NCBI GenBank assembly: GCA_034440375.1
Contig: JAWXBZ010000264.1
Location: forward strand, 1-12,070
Length of the DNA: 12,070 nt
Source of the DNA: Candidatus Eiseniibacteriota bacterium
GTDB taxonomy: Bacteria; Eisenbacteria; RBG-16-71-46; JABDJR01; JAWXBZ01
Reading direction: 5' to 3'
The position numbers were made by a program, and so were the translations under genes. The notes under the pieces are model-generated. The model did not search any database. It was not told the origin of the DNA and saw only the letters and a program-made list of their open reading frames with translations. Positions within the stretch are counted from its first letter, which is position 1. Each line of letters opens with the position of its first letter. Positions 6,838 to 12,070 of this stretch are shown here, in pieces.

Positions 6838-8778
6838 ATGATCCCGAATTTTCGAACCCGGTCACGCCGCCTCGTGACCGGGTTTTTCTTGGGGCTGGCG
6901 TTGTGCGGCGCTGGTGTTGTTCAAGCTGCGGACGACTCGAAGCTCGCCGGCATGGCCGATCGTTTTGGCATCGATCGCTACCTCAACATCCGCGCCGCCA
7001 CGAACCCGCGCCTCTCGCCCGATGATCGAGAGGTGGCGTTTCTGACCAACATTTCCGGCACCAACCAGGTCTGGAGTGTGCCGGTGGCCGGCGGCTGGCC
7101 GGTGCAGTTGACGGCCTATACCGACCCCGTATCGGGCTTTGCCTACAGCCCGGTGGACAACCGGATCGTCTTTCTCAAGTCGTCCGGCGGCAGCGAACAG
7201 GACCAGATCCATCTCCTGTCGGCTGATGGCGCCGACATCACCGACCTGGTCGTCGAGTCGGGCGTGACTCATTACTTCGGGGGCTGGTCCTGGGATGGGA
7301 CGAAGATCGCCTACACCTCCAATGCGCGCGACGCGGCCATCTTCGATCCACATATCCTCGATCTTGCCACCGGCAAGTCGAGGCGGCTCGCTGAAGAGCC
7401 GGTCTCCATGCTGGCCGCCGGATTCTCGCCGAACAACGACAAACTCCTGATTCGCAAACAGACCAGCGGCGTCGACCAGGACCTCTACGCCTTGACACTC
7501 GCCACCGGCGAGATGATCCACCTGACCCCCCACGAAGGCGAAGCGATCTTCGGCGGCGGCCAGTGGTCGAAGGATCAGTCGACGCTGTACATCACGAGCA
7601 ACCTCGACCGCGAGTACCTGACGCCGGCCACGATCGACCTGGAAAGCCGGAAGCTTTCCTGGCTGGACCCCCGGGAGTGGGACATCGAAGGGATGAATTT
7701 TTCCTTCGACGGAACACACCTGGCCCGACAGCACAACGTGGACGGTCAATCGGAGCTGAGCCTCCTCTTTGGCGGGTTTGGCGGCAAGGCGCTGGCCGTG
7801 CCGGACCTGCCTCCCGGCATGTACAGCGCCACCCAGTTCTCGCGGGACAACCGGCTGGTGGTCTTCGCCTACCAGACCTCGACCCGTCCGAACGACGTCT
7901 ACACCTGGGTGCCGGCCACCCGGCAGCTCAACCGGATCACCATCAGCAACTTGAGCGGCATTCCGTCCGCATCGTTCGTTCAGCCCGAGTTGCTTCGCTA
8001 TCGCTCCTTCGATGGACTCTCGGTGCCGGCCTATCTCTACATGCCGAAGGATGTGCCGGCCGGCGAGCGCCCTCCCTGCCTGGTCATGATGCATGGCGGG
8101 CCGGAAAGCCAGGAGCGCCCGGACTTCGCCGGCACATGGCAGTATTTTCTCCAGCGCGGTTACGCCATCCTGGCGCCGAACGTGCGTGGCTCGAGCGGCT
8201 ACGGCAAGACGTACAACCATCTCGACGATGTGGAGCGGCGCGAGGACTCGGTCAGGGATATGGCCGCCGGAGTCGAGTGGCTCAAGTCGACCGGCAGGAT
8301 CGATCCCGACCGGTTGGCGGTCATGGGTGGCTCCTACGGTGGCTACATGGTGCTGGCGGGTCTCACTCTTTATCCCGACCTCTTCCAGGCCGGCATCGAC
8401 CTGGTGGGTATCGCCAATTTCACGACCTTTCTGGAAAAAACCAGCTCGTACCGGCGGCACTGGCGCGAAGTGGAGTACGGCTCGCTGGAAAAGGACCGCG
8501 CCTTCCTCGACAGCGTTTCGCCGCTGCACCGGGCCGATCGGATTAAGGCACCGTTGATGGTCATCCAGGGGGCCAATGATCCGCGTGTGCCGCAAAATGA
8601 GGCGGAGCAGATCGTCGCGGCCGTCCGGGCCCAGGGCGGCGACGTCGAGTACCTCCTCTACCTTGACGAGGGGCACGGTCTGTCCAAATTGAAGAATCGG
8701 ATCGAGGCTTATCCGAAGGTGGCCGATTTCCTCGATCGCCATGTGAAGAACCGCCTCAAGACCAGACCGCGAGGCTGA
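6838..8778 (+). CDS. S9 family serine peptidase (prolyl oligopeptidase / acylaminoacyl peptidase type) with N-terminal beta-propeller and signal peptide
   Basis: HGGPESQ, PNVRGSSGYG, nucleophile GGSYGG, GANDPRV (Asp), DEGHG (His); propeller repeats (LSPDD, WSWDG, FSPNN, FSFDG). ATG 6838 has GGAGG at 6826-6830 and is preferred over TTG 6820. Hydrophobic leader ends in VQA. Confidence 0.94.
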   Translation: MIPNFRTRSRRLVTGFFLGLALCGAGVVQAADDSKLAGMADRFGIDRYLNIRAATNPRLSPDDREVAFLTNISGTNQVWSVPVAGGWPVQLTAYTDPVSGFAYSPVDNRIVFLKSSGGSEQDQIHLLSADGADITDLVVESGVTHYFGGWSWDGTKIAYTSNARDAAIFDPHILDLATGKSRRLAEEPVSMLAAGFSPNNDKLLIRKQTSGVDQDLYALTLATGEMIHLTPHEGEAIFGGGQWSKDQSTLYITSNLDREYLTPATIDLESRKLSWLDPREWDIEGMNFSFDGTHLARQHNVDGQSELSLLFGGFGGKALAVPDLPPGMYSATQFSRDNRLVVFAYQTSTRPNDVYTWVPATRQLNRITISNLSGIPSASFVQPELLRYRSFDGLSVPAYLYMPKDVPAGERPPCLVMMHGGPESQERPDFAGTWQYFLQRGYAILAPNVRGSSGYGKTYNHLDDVERREDSVRDMAAGVEWLKSTGRIDPDRLAVMGGSYGGYMVLAGLTLYPDLFQAGIDLVGIANFTTFLEKTSSYRRHWREVEYGSLEKDRAFLDSVSPLHRADRIKAPLMVIQGANDPRVPQNEAEQIVAAVRAQGGDVEYLLYLDEGHGLSKLKNRIEAYPKVADFLDRHVKNRLKTRPRG

Positions 8779-8781
8779 TTC

Positions 8782-9981
8782 ATGCACGGCTGGTTTCGCT
8801 GGATACTTGTTCTGGTGGCGCTTGTGGTTGCGGTCGTGGTCCTTCGAGCCACGGTATTCCGGCCCAAACCGATTGACGTCGTGGTGGCCACGGTGGAACC
8901 CGGCCTGGTCGAGGACGCCGTCACCAACAGCCAGGCCGGCACGGTTCGCAGCCGCAGGCGGGCCAAGATCGGCGCCGAACGCGCGGGCCGGGTTTCGAAA
9001 CTACATCGCCGCGAGGGGGATCCTGCGAGGGCCGGCGATCGATTGATCGAGCTCGACGCGACAACTGCCCGAACGCAAGCCGACGTGGCCCGACGTGAGG
9101 TCGAAGCCACCCGGGCCGGTCTCACCGGACTCGAGGCGGCGGCCAGGCTCGCCCGGCAGGACTTCGATCGCATGGAAAAACTCGTGGCGGATGGCATCGT
9201 CTCAAGGAGCGCCTGGGATGCGGCACGGGGCCGGCTCGACGGCGCCGACGCGGAATTGTCCGGTGGCGCGGCGCGACTCAAACGGGCGGAGGCGGGCGCC
9301 CGACTGGCCGCCGAGGAGCTTGACCATATGGTTGTCCTTGCCCCCTTCGACGGCATCGTGACCCAGCGCTTCATCGAGGTTGGCGAGTCAATCCTTCCAG
9401 GTCAGCCCTGCCTCGAGTTGATGAGCGCCGACAGCCTGTACGTCTCGGCGCCAATCGACGAAATAGACATCGGGCGGATCCGGCAGGGGCTTCCGGCCCG
9501 CGTCACACTCGACCCGTTCCCCGGACGGTCCTGGCATGGAGTCGTGTCGCGGGTGTCGCCGTATGTCGATGACCGGCTCGAACAGAATCGAACGCTGGAG
9601 GTGGAGATCGACATCCATTCCGGCGAGGTGGCCGCGATCTCCATGAAAGATGCCATGTCGCTCACCAGCAAGGGTCCGGCGTCGCTGCGCGACGTTCGGC
9701 CCGGCAGCTCCGCGGACATTGAAATCATCCTCGAGACGCGGGAAAACGTGCTGCGCGTGCCGACCTTCGCGGTGATCGAAGGAAAACGCGTGCTCCTGGT
9801 CGAGGATGGAAAGGCCGTCAGCCGGGATGTCGTGGCCGGGTTGAAAAACTGGGAGTGGACTGAAATACGCTCCGGCCTGACGGCGGGAGTACAGGTCATC
9901 ACCAACCTGGACAAGCAAGGGGTCGAAGCCGGTGCCCGGGTCGTGGTGCGGCCGTCGGCGGTGTCGACGTCCGGGTCATGA
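8782..9981 (+). CDS. Efflux periplasmic adaptor subunit (membrane fusion protein, MacA/HlyD-like)
   Basis: N-terminal TM (WILVLVALVVAVVVL), lipoyl halves GRVSKLHRREGD..GDRLIELD and LAPFDGIV..VGE, an alpha-hairpin, IDEIDIGRIRQG, and C-terminal LRVPT..GL..EIRSGLTAG. Confidence 0.92.
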   Translation: MHGWFRWILVLVALVVAVVVLRATVFRPKPIDVVVATVEPGLVEDAVTNSQAGTVRSRRRAKIGAERAGRVSKLHRREGDPARAGDRLIELDATTARTQADVARREVEATRAGLTGLEAAARLARQDFDRMEKLVADGIVSRSAWDAARGRLDGADAELSGGAARLKRAEAGARLAAEELDHMVVLAPFDGIVTQRFIEVGESILPGQPCLELMSADSLYVSAPIDEIDIGRIRQGLPARVTLDPFPGRSWHGVVSRVSPYVDDRLEQNRTLEVEIDIHSGEVAAISMKDAMSLTSKGPASLRDVRPGSSADIEIILETRENVLRVPTFAVIEGKRVLLVEDGKAVSRDVVAGLKNWEWTEIRSGLTAGVQVITNLDKQGVEAGARVVVRPSAVSTSGS

Positions 9982-10688
9982 TCCGGCCCGACGAAGGCCG
10001 GGCTGACGCACCACCGGCCATCCGGCTCGAGCACCTGAATCGCGAGTTTCATGTCGGCGAATCCATCGTCAAGGCGCTCGACGACGTGAGCCTCACCATT
10101 GATGGAGGCGAGTTCGTGTCCCTGATGGGCCCTTCCGGCTCGGGCAAGTCCACCCTGCTGAATGTGCTGGGTTGCCTCGATACGCCGACATCCGGCCGCT
10201 ACTGGCTGGACGGCGTACCGGTGGAGAGCCTGTCCGAGGACAAGCTGGCCGGGGTGCGACAGAAGAAGCTGTCGTTCATTTTCCAATCGTATCATCTGGT
10301 CACGCGCATGACGGCTGCCCGTAACGTGGAACTGCCGATGATTTTCGCCGGGCTCCATCCAAAAGAGCGACGCGGACGGATCGCCCGGGCACTCGACATC
10401 GTCGGCCTGTCGCATCGGGTCGATCACCGGCCGACACAGCTGTCGGGCGGCGAACGCCAGCGGGTGGCCATCGCCCGGGCCATCGTCATGGAACCCTCCA
10501 TTCTGCTGGCCGATGAACCGACCGGCAACCTGGATTCGAAATCAGGCAAGGAGATCGTGGCCCTGCTGAAGCAACTGAACAGCAATGGCCTGACGATCGT
10601 CCTGGTGACGCACGACCCGAACGTGGGGGGGGTAGCCGATCGCACGCTTCGGATGATGGATGGTCGCCTGGAAGGGGAGGGGAAGTGA
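9978..10688 (+). CDS. ABC transporter ATP-binding protein (LolD/MacB-type)
   Basis: Walker [20 protein letters not shown]-loop FIFQSY, signature [14 protein letters not shown], Walker [14 protein letters not shown]-loop VTHD. ATGA overlap with the adaptor stop. Confidence 0.96.
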   Translation: MIRPDEGRADAPPAIRLEHLNREFHVGESIVKALDDVSLTIDGGEFVSLMGPSGSGKSTLLNVLGCLDTPTSGRYWLDGVPVESLSEDKLAGVRQKKLSFIFQSYHLVTRMTAARNVELPMIFAGLHPKERRGRIARALDIVGLSHRVDHRPTQLSGGERQRVAIARAIVMEPSILLADEPTGNLDSKSGKEIVALLKQLNSNGLTIVLVTHDPNVGGVADRTLRMMDGRLEGEGK

Positions 10689-11341
10689 CCCATTCGTTTG
10701 CCAGGGGACATCGACAGCAATCCCCGGGCGAGGAGATTGCCAACAGCGTCGTCCATGGCGTTGGATTCCTCGGAGCGCTGGTGGCCCTGCCGATCCTGAT
10801 CGTGAGCGCCCTGCCGAACGGGCGGCTCGCTGTGGTCGGGGCCGCCATTTTCGGGGGTACCGTCGCGCTCCTCTACCTGGCCTCGACGCTGTACCACGCC
10901 CTGGCGCACGAGCGGACCAAGCATGTATTCCAGATTCTCGATCATGGCGCCATTTACCTCCTGATCGCCGGTACCTACACGCCCATTCTTCTCGGGGCGC
11001 TGCGCGGCCCGTGGGGGTGGTCCTTGCTTGGCATCATCTGGGCGCTGGCCATCGGCGGTGTCGTGTTGAAATCGGTGGGCGGTGTGAGGCACCCGCGTTT
11101 GTCCACGCTCCTGTACGTGGCCATGGGATGGCTGATCGTGGTGGCGGCCCGCCCCATGTGGACCAGCATGCCGGGGTGGGGACTCTTCTGGCTTGCGGCG
11201 GGTGGCGCGGCCTACACCGCCGGCGTCCTGTTCTACGCCAACGATCGACTTCGCTACGGACATTTCGTCTGGCACCTGTTCGTGCTGATCGGCACCGGCT
11301 GCCACTTTATCGCGGTCTGGCGCTTCTCGGCCGGGCGATGA
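10685..11341 (+). CDS. Hemolysin III family / PAQR membrane protein (TrhA-like)
   Basis: EEIANSVVHG, ASTLYH, LDHGAIYLLIAGTYTP, YVAMGW, GGAAYTAGVLFY, HFVWHLFV..CHF; about 7 hydrophobic segments; GTGA overlap with the ATPase stop. Confidence 0.94.
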   Translation: MTHSFARGHRQQSPGEEIANSVVHGVGFLGALVALPILIVSALPNGRLAVVGAAIFGGTVALLYLASTLYHALAHERTKHVFQILDHGAIYLLIAGTYTPILLGALRGPWGWSLLGIIWALAIGGVVLKSVGGVRHPRLSTLLYVAMGWLIVVAARPMWTSMPGWGLFWLAAGGAAYTAGVLFYANDRLRYGHFVWHLFVLIGTGCHFIAVWRFSAGR

Positions 11342-11351
11342 GGATCGATTC

Positions 11352-12070
11352 GTGAGCGCCTCCGATCTCCTGACGCTGGCCGTCGAATCGCTCCGGTTGC
11401 ATCGGCTGCGGACCAGCCTGACGCTGGCCGGAATTGCGGTCGGTGTCACGGCCGTGCTGCTTCTGACCGCCCTTGGCGAGGCGGCCAAGGCGTACGTCAT
11501 CAACGAATTTTCGGGTATCGGCACAAACCTGGTCATCGTCCTTCCGGGAAAGGTCGAAACATCCGGCAGTACGCCGACGTTTGGCGGTTCCGTCCGCGAC
11601 CTGACCATCGCCGATGCCGAGGCCATTCGCCGCCAGGTGCCGGCCGCCCGCGAGGTGGCGCCGTTGGCCCTGGGTTCGGCGGCGTTCGAGGCGGCCGGCC
11701 GGAGCCGTGACGTACGGATCATCGGCACCACCGCCGAGTACGCCCATGTTCGGAGCCTTGTCGTGCGCGCCGGCCAGTTTCTGCCCTCCGGCGATCCCAA
11801 CCACGGCGACCGCGTCTGTGTCATCGGCCCGAAGCTGGCCTGGGAAGTCTTCCGCGGCCAGAACCCGCTCGGCCAGTCGGTCCGAATCGCCGATGCCCGA
11901 TTCCGCGTCATCGGCGTGCTGGCGCCGAAGGGGGAGTCGCTCGGATTCAACATGGACGACATTGCCATCGTGCCGGTGGCCACCGGCCTCCGACTCTTCA
12001 ATCAGTCGAGCCTCTTCCGGATCATGGTGGAGGCCGTCGACCCGAGCGCCATCGAGGCGGCCAAGTCGCA
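11352..12070 (+). CDS. ABC transporter permease, MacB/FtsX-like (3' end beyond the right edge)
   Basis: Translated by hand; absent from the ORF track. GTG 11352 with GAGGA at 11340-11344 gives MSASDLLTLAVESLRLHRLRTSLTLAGIAVGVTAVLLLTALGE..GIGTNLVIVLPG..LTIADAEAI..GQFL..VCVIG..NPLGQSVRIADARFRVIGVL..DDIAIVP, a MacB-type TM1 plus periplasmic core; open to the window end. Confidence 0.93.
   Translation, partial: MSASDLLTLAVESLRLHRLRTSLTLAGIAVGVTAVLLLTALGEAAKAYVINEFSGIGTNLVIVLPGKVETSGSTPTFGGSVRDLTIADAEAIRRQVPAAREVAPLALGSAAFEAAGRSRDVRIIGTTAEYAHVRSLVVRAGQFLPSGDPNHGDRVCVIGPKLAWEVFRGQNPLGQSVRIADARFRVIGVLAPKGESLGFNMDDIAIVPVATGLRLFNQSSLFRIMVEAVDPSAIEAAKS

Noticed and set aside
6862..8787. 641-aa antisense ORF opposite the S9 peptidase
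   Set aside because: It mirrors the real gene codon for codon. Such shadow ORFs are typical of high-GC coding DNA, and it has no recognisable motifs.
10685..11341. Reading 'hemolysin III' plus exporter as a toxin secretion system
   Set aside because: PAQR/HlyIII proteins are polytopic inner-membrane proteins, not secreted RTX-type cargo; the family name is historical.
10424..12001. 525-aa antisense ORF (and 9402-10427) across the ABC/PAQR genes
   Set aside because: Arg/Ser/Pro-rich shadow frames that overlap well-supported plus-strand genes.
1..12070. CRISPR array, IS/transposase, integrase, prophage or defence genes
   Set aside because: No regularly spaced repeats, terminal inverted repeats or corresponding protein motifs seen; nearly the whole window is accounted for by the listed CDSs.

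Overview
High-GC bacterial chromosomal segment with two divergent gene blocks around a 314-bp intergenic region (3337-3650). Minus strand: fabI (enoyl-ACP reductase), a 2-TM ion-channel-like protein with an RCK/TrkA-N domain and a non-canonical pore motif, and a membrane-anchored Hanks-type Ser/Thr kinase with PD40/TolB-like propeller repeats that runs off the left edge and is missing from the ORF track. Plus strand: one tightly packed, probably co-transcribed block: glutamine-dependent nadE, a secreted protein with two lamin-tail-like repeats and a FlgD-Ig/T9SS-like C-terminal domain, a signal-peptide-bearing S9 peptidase, and a MacA-like adaptor / ABC ATPase / MacB-like permease set (permease runs off the right edge) with a hemolysin-III (PAQR/TrhA) gene between ATPase and permease. 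I see no mobile element, CRISPR array, tRNA or rRNA. Most genes belong to familiar families and I cannot demonstrate a new system. The best leads are the PAQR gene inside the MacAB-like cluster, the filter-less channel with a possible internal start for a soluble RCK subunit, the double-repeat secreted protein coupled to nadE, and the structured divergent intergenic region. All family calls come from motif recognition by eye, not from database searches.
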